NCBI GenBank assembly: GCA_964507565.1
Contig: CAZDPV010000003.1
Coordinates: forward strand, 27,998 to 59,997
Direction of reading: 5' to 3'
Source of the DNA: an uncultured Clostridium sp.
Lineage (GTDB): Bacteria > Bacillota > Clostridia > TANB77 > CAG-508
DNA: 32,000 nucleotides
The translations under genes were made by a program, and so were the position numbers. The notes under the pieces were generated by a model. That model ran no database searches and was not told where the DNA came from. It was given only the letters and a program-made list of their open reading frames with translations. Shown in pieces: positions 7,901 through 16,593 of the stretch. Within the stretch, counting starts at the first letter, position 1. The number at the start of each line of letters is the position of its first letter.

Positions 7901-9565
7901 TTGATTGTTCTTAGTTTTATACTTTTTCTATTTAAGCCTATTCTTTTTACATGTGATATTCTTACAATCCACAGTAATTTAAAATTTTTTAATGTTTTAA
8001 TTGATTCTCCTTTTTATTGGAGAATTGTAAAATTACTTTTTATCTTTTCGCTTGTTACTTCAAATATTATTATTTTTAATTTTATTTTTTCTTTATTTAT
8101 TCACACTAATCAAAATAAAAAAAATAATATAATAGCCCCTAATTTTGGATTGTGTATTGGTAAAGATCTGCATAATAACAACGTTTATATACCTGAAAGT
8201 AGTTTGTATCAAAATATTTTAGTTACTGGTTGTATTGGTTCTGGTAAAACATCATCTGCTTTGTATCCGTTTACATTTCAACTTATGAAATATGAATCTT
8301 CTAATTGTATTAAAAAACTTGGTTTTTTGATATTAGATGTTAAAGGTAATTATTCTAACAAGGTTTTAGAATTTGCACATAGTTGTAATCGTGAATCTGA
8401 CGTAATTGTTATTGAAATAAATGGATTTTACAAGTATAATCCACTTGATAAGCCTGACATAAAAGCGTCTGTACTAGCTAATCGATTAAAAAACATTTTG
8501 CTGTTATTTTCCCCAAATAATTCTGAATCTTACTGGATTGATAAAGCTGAACAAATACTTGAAGCTTGCATAAATTTTTGTAGACTATATAACAATTACT
8601 ATGTTTCCTTTGATGAAATTCATAAACTTGTTACAAATTATGAATACTTTTCTCAAAAAGTATCTACTATAAGAAAAATATTTCTGTCTGGAAATTTGTC
8701 CGACGCTGAAATTTACAATCTACATAGTTCTATTTCCTTTTTAGAAAATGATTATTTCTGTTTGGATTCTAGAAACTTTAATTTGTTAAAGTCTGAAATT
8801 ACTAGAATTACTAATTGTTTTGTATCTGATTATGAAGTAAAAAAAACATTTTGCCCATCAAAAATCAATGAGAATTTCTTTGGTTTTGATGAAGCAATTA
8901 GGGATGGAAAAATAGTTGTACTTAATATGAACATTGCTCAATATAAAAACTTATCTAAAATAATCTCTGCATATTTAAAACTTGATTTTCAAACTGATGT
9001 ATTAAAAAGGCTTTCTAACTCTCCTACTTTTGTTAGACCTATGGTTTTTATTTCAGATGAATATCAAGAATATGTAACCTCTTCCGATGCTGATTTTTTT
9101 TCACAAAGTAGAGAGGCTAAATGTATAAATATTATCTCTACTCAAAGTTATACATCCATTTTGAATTCTTTAAATAGTCAGTACTCTGCTAAAGTTATTA
9201 TACAAAATTTAGTTAATAAATTATGGTTCCGTACTGATGATATTTTTACCATTGAAGATATTCAAAAGCAAATTGGGAAGGAAGAAAAATCAAAGATTTC
9301 TAAAACCTTTTCTGAAAATTCAAAGCAGAGTAATTATGATTGTTTTTTCAAGAATTTTATATCAGTGGATTCAAATTTATCTGAAAGTATAAATTCTTAT
9401 TCCCAATTTGATTATATTTTTGATTATAAATTTTTTACGCAAGATTTAGATACATTTTCCTGTGTTGCATTCTTATCAACTGGAAAGAGTATTATTAAAC
9501 CACAAAAGTTAAATATGTTACCTTATTTTTTAAAGGAGGATTTTTATGAAAATAAAAAAAAGTAA
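7901..9565 (+). CDS. Type IV coupling protein-like ATPase (VirD4/TraG/TraD family)
   Basis: Hydrophobic N-terminal helices. Walker A VTGCIGSGKTSS, FLILDVKGNY, Walker B VFISDEYQEY, and INIISTQSYTSI. Start is uncertain: TTG 7901 lacks an SD and there is an in-frame TAG at 7862 (see findings). Confidence 0.75.
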   Translation: MIVLSFILFLFKPILFTCDILTIHSNLKFFNVLIDSPFYWRIVKLLFIFSLVTSNIIIFNFIFSLFIHTNQNKKNNIIAPNFGLCIGKDLHNNNVYIPESSLYQNILVTGCIGSGKTSSALYPFTFQLMKYESSNCIKKLGFLILDVKGNYSNKVLEFAHSCNRESDVIVIEINGFYKYNPLDKPDIKASVLANRLKNILLLFSPNNSESYWIDKAEQILEACINFCRLYNNYYVSFDEIHKLVTNYEYFSQKVSTIRKIFLSGNLSDAEIYNLHSSISFLENDYFCLDSRNFNLLKSEITRITNCFVSDYEVKKTFCPSKINENFFGFDEAIRDGKIVVLNMNIAQYKNLSKIISAYLKLDFQTDVLKRLSNSPTFVRPMVFISDEYQEYVTSSDADFFSQSREAKCINIISTQSYTSILNSLNSQYSAKVIIQNLVNKLWFRTDDIFTIEDIQKQIGKEEKSKISKTFSENSKQSNYDCFFKNFISVDSNLSESINSYSQFDYIFDYKFFTQDLDTFSCVAFLSTGKSIIKPQKLNMLPYFLKEDFYENKKK

Positions 9566-9881
9566 TTTTTTTTATATCTATTTTATTTTATTGATCATAT
9601 TGTTTTGGATTTCTATTGATACAATTTCTTTTGGAGGTACTCCTAAAATAGTAAACAAACTTTCTAGTGCTTTTGAGAATATTGAAAATTGGTTTATTAA
9701 ATTATCTACTCCTGCAGCTGCTGTAGCAGTTGGCGTGGGCGTATTTATGAAAAAATTTAGTTTTGGAGATGAGGAAAGAATTAGAAGTGCAAAAAAAATA
9801 ATAAGAGGCTCTCTTATAGCATATGCTTTACTTCTTGCTCTTGATTTAGTACTTTCCGCAATAAAGTCTCTCATTAATTAA
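9546..9881 (+). CDS. VirB2/TrbC-like pilin-type membrane protein
   Basis: 111 aa with an AGGAGG SD. Signal-like N-terminus plus two hydrophobic segments (LSTPAAAVAVGVGVFM; GSLIAYALLLALDLVLSAI) separated by a charged loop, the TrbC/VirB2 layout. Overlaps the virD4-like 3' end by 20 nt. Confidence 0.6.
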   Translation: MKIKKSNFFYIYFILLIILFWISIDTISFGGTPKIVNKLSSAFENIENWFIKLSTPAAAVAVGVGVFMKKFSFGDEERIRSAKKIIRGSLIAYALLLALDLVLSAIKSLIN

Positions 9882-9890
9882 GGAGGATAA

Positions 9891-10754
9891 TTGGAACAGT
9901 CAGATATTGTTAATATTATCATAGAAACTATAAATACTATCTTTAATAATTTATTTTCTTCCATTGATAATAATATTTATTCTAATTTAGATAAAATAAC
10001 TTTTATTGATTCCGACATAATGTCTAATACATTCTTTATGAAGCTTCTAGGCTCTAATGGCAAAAACGGTATCTTGTATTTAACTGATGCTATTCTAGTT
10101 GGAATTTCAGTGTTTTACTGTATTAAATATTTTTATTCTAATATGGTTGAGTGCAATATTGAAAAGCCCAGTCAATTTGTTTTTAAAATTTTAATATTTG
10201 GAATTGCTATAAATTTTTCATATTTTTTATTAGAACAATTATTAAATATTAGTTATTTAATTTCTTCCTCTATTCAGTCAATTGGAAAAGAAATTATTGG
10301 ATATGATATAAACTTTTCAGAATTAATTATTTATTTGAATAAAAAAATAGATATTGCTAATTCAAGTTTAAATTTGTTTTCTTATGATGGGATAATAAAA
10401 AGTATTATTAGTGTTGGTTTACTTAATTTGTTATTTTCTTATTCTATCAGATATATTTTATTACAGGTTTTTTTCTTACTTTCTCCTTTTGCTCTTCTTA
10501 GTTTAATAAACTTTTCAACATCTTGGTTTTTTAAAGCTTGGAGCAAATGCCTATTTTCACTACTTATAGTTCAAATTTTTATTCCTATCATTATTATTGT
10601 AATTTTTTGTATTGATGATAATAATAAAATACTTTTGATTAGTGGTATCTTTGTTTTAACAAGGATAAATGATTACATTAGAGACATCTTTGGTGGAATT
10701 GGTCTAAACGCAGTCGGAAATTTTAACAGTATGGTTTCAACTTTAAAGAAATAA
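9891..10754 (+). CDS. VirB6/TrbL-like polytopic membrane protein
   Basis: 287 aa, TTG start with AGGAGG SD, about 6 hydrophobic helices. Call rests on position next to VirB2-/VirB3-like genes, with no diagnostic motif. Confidence 0.5.
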   Translation: MEQSDIVNIIIETINTIFNNLFSSIDNNIYSNLDKITFIDSDIMSNTFFMKLLGSNGKNGILYLTDAILVGISVFYCIKYFYSNMVECNIEKPSQFVFKILIFGIAINFSYFLLEQLLNISYLISSSIQSIGKEIIGYDINFSELIIYLNKKIDIANSSLNLFSYDGIIKSIISVGLLNLLFSYSIRYILLQVFFLLSPFALLSLINFSTSWFFKAWSKCLFSLLIVQIFIPIIIIVIFCIDDNNKILLISGIFVLTRINDYIRDIFGGIGLNAVGNFNSMVSTLKK

Positions 10755-10786
10755 AGAATAAAGTATGTATAAGTAAAGGAGCCTCA

Positions 10787-11065
10787 ATGAAATACATTTT
10801 TCCACAAAATTTTAATTTCAAAAATAAACTGCTTGGAGTAATTGATTATCCAACTGCTATTTTTAATATTATCTTTTTATTCTTTATATATTCTTTTTTT
10901 AATTTAATTTTGCATAATCTTACCTTAAAAATATTTCTTATTATTCTATTTTACTTTCCAATATTATTGTTTAGTATTGTTGGTTTTAACAATGAGAATA
11001 TTCTATATATTATTTTTTATATATTAAAGTTTTTAATTAAACCTAAAATTTATTTGTACAAATAA
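10787..11065 (+). CDS. VirB3 / PrgI / Tn916-Orf17-like small two-TM protein
   Basis: 92 aa with an AAGGAG SD. N-terminus IFPQNFNFKNKLLGVIDYPTAIF followed by two TM helices, resembling the small membrane proteins that precede virB4 in Gram-positive T4SS. Confidence 0.5.
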   Translation: MKYIFPQNFNFKNKLLGVIDYPTAIFNIIFLFFIYSFFNLILHNLTLKIFLIILFYFPILLFSIVGFNNENILYIIFYILKFLIKPKIYLYK

Positions 11066-11160
11066 ATTTATTCTTATATCATTCTTAAATTATAATTTTA
11101 TTAGTGTAAAATATTTGTGTAAGAAATATGTAAAATAACTATAAACAAATTTCATTTTTA

Positions 11161-11189
11161 TTGTAAATTTCGATAAATAATGATATAAT
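11161..11189 (+). promoter_or_regulatory. Extended -10 sigma-A promoter of the dnaB-like/dnaI-like operon, overlapped by a DnaA-box variant
   Basis: TTGTAA (11161-11166), 17-nt spacer, TGaTATAAT (11181-11189). TAATCCACA at 11186-11194 is the same one-mismatch DnaA-box variant seen in oriC at 25237-25245. Confidence 0.6.
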
Positions 11190-11212
11190 CCACAATATGG
11201 AGGTAAATATTT

Positions 11213-12175
11213 ATGAAAATTGAACAAGGAGATATCTCTTTAATTTTATCGCAAACTAATGTTCCTGATGTTTTTTTTACTGAATACTTATCTCAAGCTA
11301 ATGGTGACTTCGTAAAAGTTTATCTTTATTTGTTTTTCTTATCTAAATATAATAAAGATGTTAAGATAAATGATTTATCAAAAAAGCTAGAGTTACCCTT
11401 AAAAATTATTCAAGATGCTATAAAATATTGGGAAGATATCGGACTACTAATTCGCAAAAATCAAGGATTTACTGTTGCTAATTTGCAAGAGATTGAAATT
11501 AACAAGATTTATAAACCTAAAATTACTGTTTCTGCAGATGATATGCAAAAAGTATCTGATAATAAATATAGAGCAAAGGCAATAGATACCATAAATAATG
11601 AATTTTTTCAAGGAGTTATGTCTCCATCTTGGTATGGTGACATTGATTTATGGTTTAAAAAATATAGTTTTGATGAAGAAGTTATGATTGCATTATTTAG
11701 ATATTGTTTTAATAAATCTGCTTTGCATAGAGCGTATATTTCTACCGTTGCAGAAGCATGGCATAAAAACAAGATTAAAACATTCAGTGATTTGGATTTA
11801 TATTATCAAAAAGAGGAAAAGCTGAATATTTTATCAAATTCAATAAAGAAGAAGTTAAGATTGTCTCGTAATATTTCTGTATATGAGGAGGCTTATGTTG
11901 AAAAATGGAATATTACTTATGGTTATAATATTGATATAATTGAAGTCGCATTAAAGAAAACTACATCAAAATATAACCCAAGTTTTGAATACATTGATAA
12001 ATTATTAACTGATTGGCATGAAAGAGGTTTAAAATCTGTTTCTGATATAGAGAATTATATTGAAAATCAAAAGAATAAAAATAAAATTAAAAATGAAAAT
12101 CAAGTAACTTCTTCAAAGTCAAATTTTGATCAAAGAAAATATGAAGATTTGAATAAATTTTATAGTAATATGTAA
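11213..12175 (+). CDS. DnaD-domain replication initiation/membrane attachment protein (B. subtilis DnaB-like)
   Basis: 320 aa with a GGAGG SD. Two DnaD-type C-terminal repeats (WYGDIDLWFKKYSFDEEVMIALFRYCF...VAEAWHKNKIKT and IIEVALKKT...YIDKLLTDWHERGLKS). Confidence 0.75.
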   Translation: MKIEQGDISLILSQTNVPDVFFTEYLSQANGDFVKVYLYLFFLSKYNKDVKINDLSKKLELPLKIIQDAIKYWEDIGLLIRKNQGFTVANLQEIEINKIYKPKITVSADDMQKVSDNKYRAKAIDTINNEFFQGVMSPSWYGDIDLWFKKYSFDEEVMIALFRYCFNKSALHRAYISTVAEAWHKNKIKTFSDLDLYYQKEEKLNILSNSIKKKLRLSRNISVYEEAYVEKWNITYGYNIDIIEVALKKTTSKYNPSFEYIDKLLTDWHERGLKSVSDIENYIENQKNKNKIKNENQVTSSKSNFDQRKYEDLNKFYSNM

Positions 12176-12195
12176 TTGTACTGTGAGGTGATTTT

Positions 12196-13203
12196 TTGAA
12201 TAATGATACATTAAAATCTCTTTTGATTAAATACGATCAAAAAAGGTTAAAAGCCTTGGAAGATGCAAGGCAAAAAAAACTAGAAATTTATAGAAGAGTA
12301 CCACAATTTGAAAAAATTGATAATGATATTTCTTCTTTATCAATAAAAGCGATACAAGCCACTTTGACATCAAAAGATAAGTCTCAAATAGATGAATTAA
12401 AAAAGCAAATCTCAATTCTTAAGGAAAACCGTATAAAAGTTTTAGAATCTTCAGGATATTCTTTGAATGATTTAACTCCTAAATTCGAGTGTAAAAAATG
12501 TAATGATACAGGATATATAAATACTTCTAATGGTTCTACTCTTTGTAATTGTATAAAACAGAATTTATATAATATAGAATACAATAATTCAAATATTTAT
12601 GATTTAAAAAATCAGAATTTTAATAATTTTAGATTAGATTATTATTCTGATGAGATGAATGTTGATAAATTTAAAAGCAAGCTTTCGCCAAAGGAAAATA
12701 TTCTTTCTATCAAAAAAATGTCTATGGATTTCATAAATAATTTTGATAGTACTAAGGAAAGCAATTTGCTTTTTTGCGGTAATACTGGATTAGGTAAAAC
12801 ATTTTTATCTTCTTGTATAGCAAATGAACTTATAAGTAGGGGTAAAACCGTTCTTTATCAAACTGCACCAATAATGTTGGATAATATCATTGATTATAAG
12901 TTTGGTAAAACAACAAATAACATAATTAAATCTATTTATTCTGTTGATTTACTAATTATTGATGATTTAGGAACAGAATCTAAGAATAGTCTTAAAGTTA
13001 CTGAATTATTTAATATTTTAAATTCTAGACTTTTGAATCAAGATAATAAAATTACAAAAACAATTATTTCTACAAATTTATCTTTGCAAGAGTTATATAA
13101 TACTTATGAAGAAAGAATTGTTTCTAGAATAATAGGAAATTATAATGCTTGTTATTTCTTCGGAGATGACATTAGAATAAAGAAAAAAGTTGGTATTAAA
13201 TAG
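12196..13203 (+). CDS. dnaI: DnaI/DnaC-family helicase loader ATPase
   Basis: TTG start with GAGGTGA SD. Zinc-ribbon-like CKKCNDTGY...LCNC, Walker A GNTGLGKTF, Walker B LLIIDDLG. Confidence 0.8.
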   Translation: MNNDTLKSLLIKYDQKRLKALEDARQKKLEIYRRVPQFEKIDNDISSLSIKAIQATLTSKDKSQIDELKKQISILKENRIKVLESSGYSLNDLTPKFECKKCNDTGYINTSNGSTLCNCIKQNLYNIEYNNSNIYDLKNQNFNNFRLDYYSDEMNVDKFKSKLSPKENILSIKKMSMDFINNFDSTKESNLLFCGNTGLGKTFLSSCIANELISRGKTVLYQTAPIMLDNIIDYKFGKTTNNIIKSIYSVDLLIIDDLGTESKNSLKVTELFNILNSRLLNQDNKITKTIISTNLSLQELYNTYEERIVSRIIGNYNACYFFGDDIRIKKKVGIK

Positions 13204-13214
13204 CCAACTTTTTC
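13183..13214. terminator. Bidirectional intrinsic terminator between convergent dnaI-like and gyrA
   Basis: AAAAAAGTTGG-tattaaatag-CCAACTTTTT, a hairpin with A/T runs on both sides. It overlaps the dnaI-like stop codon. Confidence 0.7.
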
Positions 13215-13223
13215 TTTTTAATC

Positions 13224-15713
13224 TTATTCCTTAGACTCTTCATAATCTTCTGTTTCTTCTGATATAGTCTCAATACTTACAACTTTTCCTCCATCATTTG
13301 TTCTCATGAGAGTAACTCCTTGTGTATTTCTTCCAAGAACACTAACTTCTTTTGTTCCAATTCTTATTACTGTTCCTTTATCTGTAATCATCATTACATC
13401 TTCTTCATCTTTTGCTATTCTTATTCCAATAATATCTCCAGTTTTTGGTGTGATTTTGTATGTTATTACACCTTTTCCACCTCTAACTTGTACTCTATAT
13501 TCATCTAATTCAGTTCTTTTTCCAAAACCGTTTTCAGTTATTGCTAAAAGTGTATCTTTACTATTTTCGATTATTGGTTCCATTCCAATTACACAATCAT
13601 CTTTTTCAAGTCTAATTCCTATAACACCTTGTGCAGTTCTTCCAACAGGTCTTACATCTTTTTCACTAAATGTTATACACATACCCTTTTTAGTAACAAG
13701 AACAACATTGTCTTCACCATTTGTAAGTCTTACGTCTATTAGTTCATCATCTTCTTTTAATGTTATTGCTATTAACCCTGTTTTCTTTCCTGAGTCATAT
13801 TCTTGTAATTCAGTCTTTTTAATTAGTCCTTCTCTTGTTGACATTAGCAAGTATTTATCATTTTCAAATTGCTGTATTGGTATAACTGCTGTAATCTTTT
13901 CTCCTGCATCTAATGATAATAGATTTACTATTGCTGTTCCTTTAGCGGTTCTTCCTGCTTCTGGTATTTCAAATCCTCTTAGTTTATATAATTTCCCTTT
14001 ATTACTAAAGAATAATAAAATATCATGCGTTGAAGCGCTAAATATTTGTTTTACAAAGTCATCCTCTCTTGTCGTTATTCCGGTAATTCCTTTTCCACCT
14101 CTTCTTTGACTCTTATATGTGTCTAAAGGCATTCTCTTTACATATCCAAAATGTGTTAATGCAATTATTGATTGTTCTTCTTTTATTAAGTCCTCATCAT
14201 TGAATTCGCCTTCTGCCGCAACAATTCTTGTTTTTCTTTCGTCTCCATATTTTTCTTTCATTTCAAGGCATTCTTCTTTTATTATATCATAAACTAATTT
14301 TTCGCTTCCCAAGATTTCTCTAAGATGTGCTATTAGTTCCATAAGTTGTTTATATTCTTCTTCTATTTTTTCTCTTTGTAACCCTGATAATGTTTTTAAT
14401 CTCATATCCAAAATAGCTTGTGCTTGAATATCATCTAATCCAAATCTTTGCATTAGCTTTTCTTTTGGATCATCATATGAACCTCTTATTATTTTTATTA
14501 CTTCGTCAATATTATCAATTGCTATACGTAAGCCTTCTAATATATGTGCTCTTGCAAGTGCCTTGTCTAAGTCAAATTGTGTTCTTCTTACAATTACTGT
14601 CTTTCTATGTTCTATGTAATAGTCTAAACACTGTCTTAATGTTAATATTTTTGGTTCGTTATTTACCAAAGCAAGCATAATAATACCAAATGATGATTGC
14701 ATTTGCGTATTTTTATATAATTGATTTAAGATTACTTGTGGATTAGCATCCCTCTTTAATTCAATTACTACTCTAACTTTTTCTTCTCTATCAGATTCAT
14801 CCCTTACTTCTGATATTCCTTCTATTCTTTTATCTCTTACTAATTGATTTATATCTATTATAAGTTTTGCTTTATTTACTTGATAAGGTAATGAAGAAAC
14901 TATTATTCTTTGTCTGTTTCCTGACATCTCTTCTATTTCAGCATCTGCTCTTAAAAGGATCTTTCCCCTTCCTGTTGAATATGCTTCTTTAATTCCTTCT
15001 CTACCTAATATCATAGCTCCTGTAGGAAAGTCTGGTCCCTTAATTATTTTAAATAAGTCATCATCTGAAAGTTCTCCATTAACTTCGTTTGTTTCTACTA
15101 TCTTTACAACAGCATTTAAAACTTCAGTTAAATTATGTGGAGGAATATTAGTTGCCATTCCTACGGCTATTCCTGATGAACCATTTACTAATAAAGCTGG
15201 TAATTTTGCAGGTAGAACAGTTGGCTCTTGTCTTATTCCATCAAAGTTCGGCATAAAATCTACTGTGTTTTTTTCAATGTCCGTAAGCATTGTCTCTGCA
15301 ATTTTTGACATTCTTGCTTCTGTGTAACGATATGCAGCAGCACCATCACCATCAATTGAGCCAAAGTTTCCATGTCCATCTATTAAAGGATATCTTAGTG
15401 AGAAATCTTGTGCAAGTCTTACCATTGCATCATATACAGATGAATCTCCATGTGGATGATATCTACCTAAAACATCACCAACGGTTGTTGCAGATTTTCT
15501 ATATGGTTTTTCTGTTGTTAAACCATCTTCATACATGGTATATAAAATTCTTCTATGTACCGGTTTTAGTCCATCTCTTACATCTGGAAGAGCACGTTGA
15601 ACGATAACACTCATCGCATAATCTATGTATGCCGTTTTCATTTCTTCTTCTATATCTCTATTTATAATTTTTCCTTCTTTGAAGCCTTCTTCTTCGTTAT
15701 TTTTGTTGTCCAT
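13224..15713 (-). CDS. gyrA: DNA gyrase subunit A
   Basis: 829 aa. [17 protein letters not shown], active-site [11 protein letters not shown], GyrA box QRRGGKG (gyrase rather than ParC), acidic C-terminal tail. Confidence 0.98.
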   Translation of the reverse strand: MDNKNNEEEGFKEGKIINRDIEEEMKTAYIDYAMSVIVQRALPDVRDGLKPVHRRILYTMYEDGLTTEKPYRKSATTVGDVLGRYHPHGDSSVYDAMVRLAQDFSLRYPLIDGHGNFGSIDGDGAAAYRYTEARMSKIAETMLTDIEKNTVDFMPNFDGIRQEPTVLPAKLPALLVNGSSGIAVGMATNIPPHNLTEVLNAVVKIVETNEVNGELSDDDLFKIIKGPDFPTGAMILGREGIKEAYSTGRGKILLRADAEIEEMSGNRQRIIVSSLPYQVNKAKLIIDINQLVRDKRIEGISEVRDESDREEKVRVVIELKRDANPQVILNQLYKNTQMQSSFGIIMLALVNNEPKILTLRQCLDYYIEHRKTVIVRRTQFDLDKALARAHILEGLRIAIDNIDEVIKIIRGSYDDPKEKLMQRFGLDDIQAQAILDMRLKTLSGLQREKIEEEYKQLMELIAHLREILGSEKLVYDIIKEECLEMKEKYGDERKTRIVAAEGEFNDEDLIKEEQSIIALTHFGYVKRMPLDTYKSQRRGGKGITGITTREDDFVKQIFSASTHDILLFFSNKGKLYKLRGFEIPEAGRTAKGTAIVNLLSLDAGEKITAVIPIQQFENDKYLLMSTREGLIKKTELQEYDSGKKTGLIAITLKEDDELIDVRLTNGEDNVVLVTKKGMCITFSEKDVRPVGRTAQGVIGIRLEKDDCVIGMEPIIENSKDTLLAITENGFGKRTELDEYRVQVRGGKGVITYKITPKTGDIIGIRIAKDEEDVMMITDKGTVIRIGTKEVSVLGRNTQGVTLMRTNDGGKVVSIETISEETEDYEESKE

Positions 15714-15748
15714 TATATACCTCTTTTCTTGCTATTTTTACTGTCTTT

Positions 15749-15777
15749 ATTATACTAAAACAAGTCAAAAAAAGCAA
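15749..15777 (-). promoter_or_regulatory. Candidate sigma-A promoter of gyrA
   Basis: On the - strand: TTGCTT (15777-15772), 17-nt spacer, TATAAT (15754-15749), about 35 nt upstream of the gyrA ATG. Confidence 0.5.
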
Positions 15778-15867
15778 GGAATTTTTAACTTTTTATTGGT
15801 TTTTGTTGCTTTTTATCTAATATTTTAGGCTCCCTACCTATTTGTAAAAAAATACTTTTAAAAACTT

Positions 15868-16593
15868 TTAACCTACTAATTTTTCAGCAAGAGCAAGTTC
15901 TTCTTCACTCATGTTAAAATTTTTTCCTTTGTTTTTTATTATTAAGTGCAGATTTTCTATTTTTCTCACCTCTTTTATTGTGTTTTCAATTGGAAGTATC
16001 GTTGGAAGTGTTTCTTTTATCTTTTCATACTCTTTCTCCATCCCATCAAAGTCTTTTTCTTTGTAGTATCCTTTCCAATTATTTGAATATTTACCTAACT
16101 TTTCTAGTGCACTTAGTTGATTATTGAAATTGTTTTCTATATTCGAATCAATTGTACTCATAATTACATTTTTACCCTTTTTTATTATTTGCCCTATTGA
16201 TGTTGGAATTAAATCAAATTGCATTGCTTTGTTTATTGCAAAGTCTAATACATTAGAAATACTATCAATCATTCCTCCGTTTTTTATTGCAGTATGTGCC
16301 TGATTTATATTGTCAAACTTTCCCGTTACAATTCCTAGTGCACTTTTTCCTAATTCGCTTGCTGATTGTATAGCTTGTTTTACTCCTGCTTGAAATCCAT
16401 TTTTAAGAATTGCGTCTTTTATATCAATTACTTGTCCTTCTATTAAATTTGGTAGTAATGCTCTTATTCCTGTATTTAAACCTACATTTATTATTTTTCC
16501 CATGGTTGATTCTAAAAAGGAATTTTGTTCTTTTCCAATGTTCATTCTATTTTCTACATTAAGTGTATTTGCTAAATTATTTTCTAGCTCCAC
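15868..16593 (-). CDS. Hypothetical soluble protein, last gene of the gyrB-gyrA insert
   Basis: 241 aa, GTG start with AAAGGAG SD, overlaps the upstream ParA-like gene by 17 nt. No TM helix, signal peptide or motif I recognise. Confidence 0.6.
   Translation of the reverse strand: MELENNLANTLNVENRMNIGKEQNSFLESTMGKIINVGLNTGIRALLPNLIEGQVIDIKDAILKNGFQAGVKQAIQSASELGKSALGIVTGKFDNINQAHTAIKNGGMIDSISNVLDFAINKAMQFDLIPTSIGQIIKKGKNVIMSTIDSNIENNFNNQLSALEKLGKYSNNWKGYYKEKDFDGMEKEYEKIKETLPTILPIENTIKEVRKIENLHLIIKNKGKNFNMSEEELALAEKLVG

Noticed and set aside
9578-9874. 98-aa - strand ORF opposite the VirB2-like gene
   Set aside because: The + strand ORF has an AGGAGG SD, operon context and a pilin-like topology. 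The antisense ORF has none of these.
13306-15607. Long + strand ORFs (13306..14109, 13320..13508, 14420..14680, 15290..15607) inside gyrA
   Set aside because: They are antisense to a full-length GyrA with all catalytic motifs. Their translations are low-complexity and S/F/I/L/H-rich, and no SD is present.
15714-15867. Direct repeats or att-like duplications at the borders of the gyrB-gyrA insert (compared with 20274..20328)
   Set aside because: The only shared words are short A/T-only strings expected by chance in this composition. A computational repeat search would be needed to be sure.
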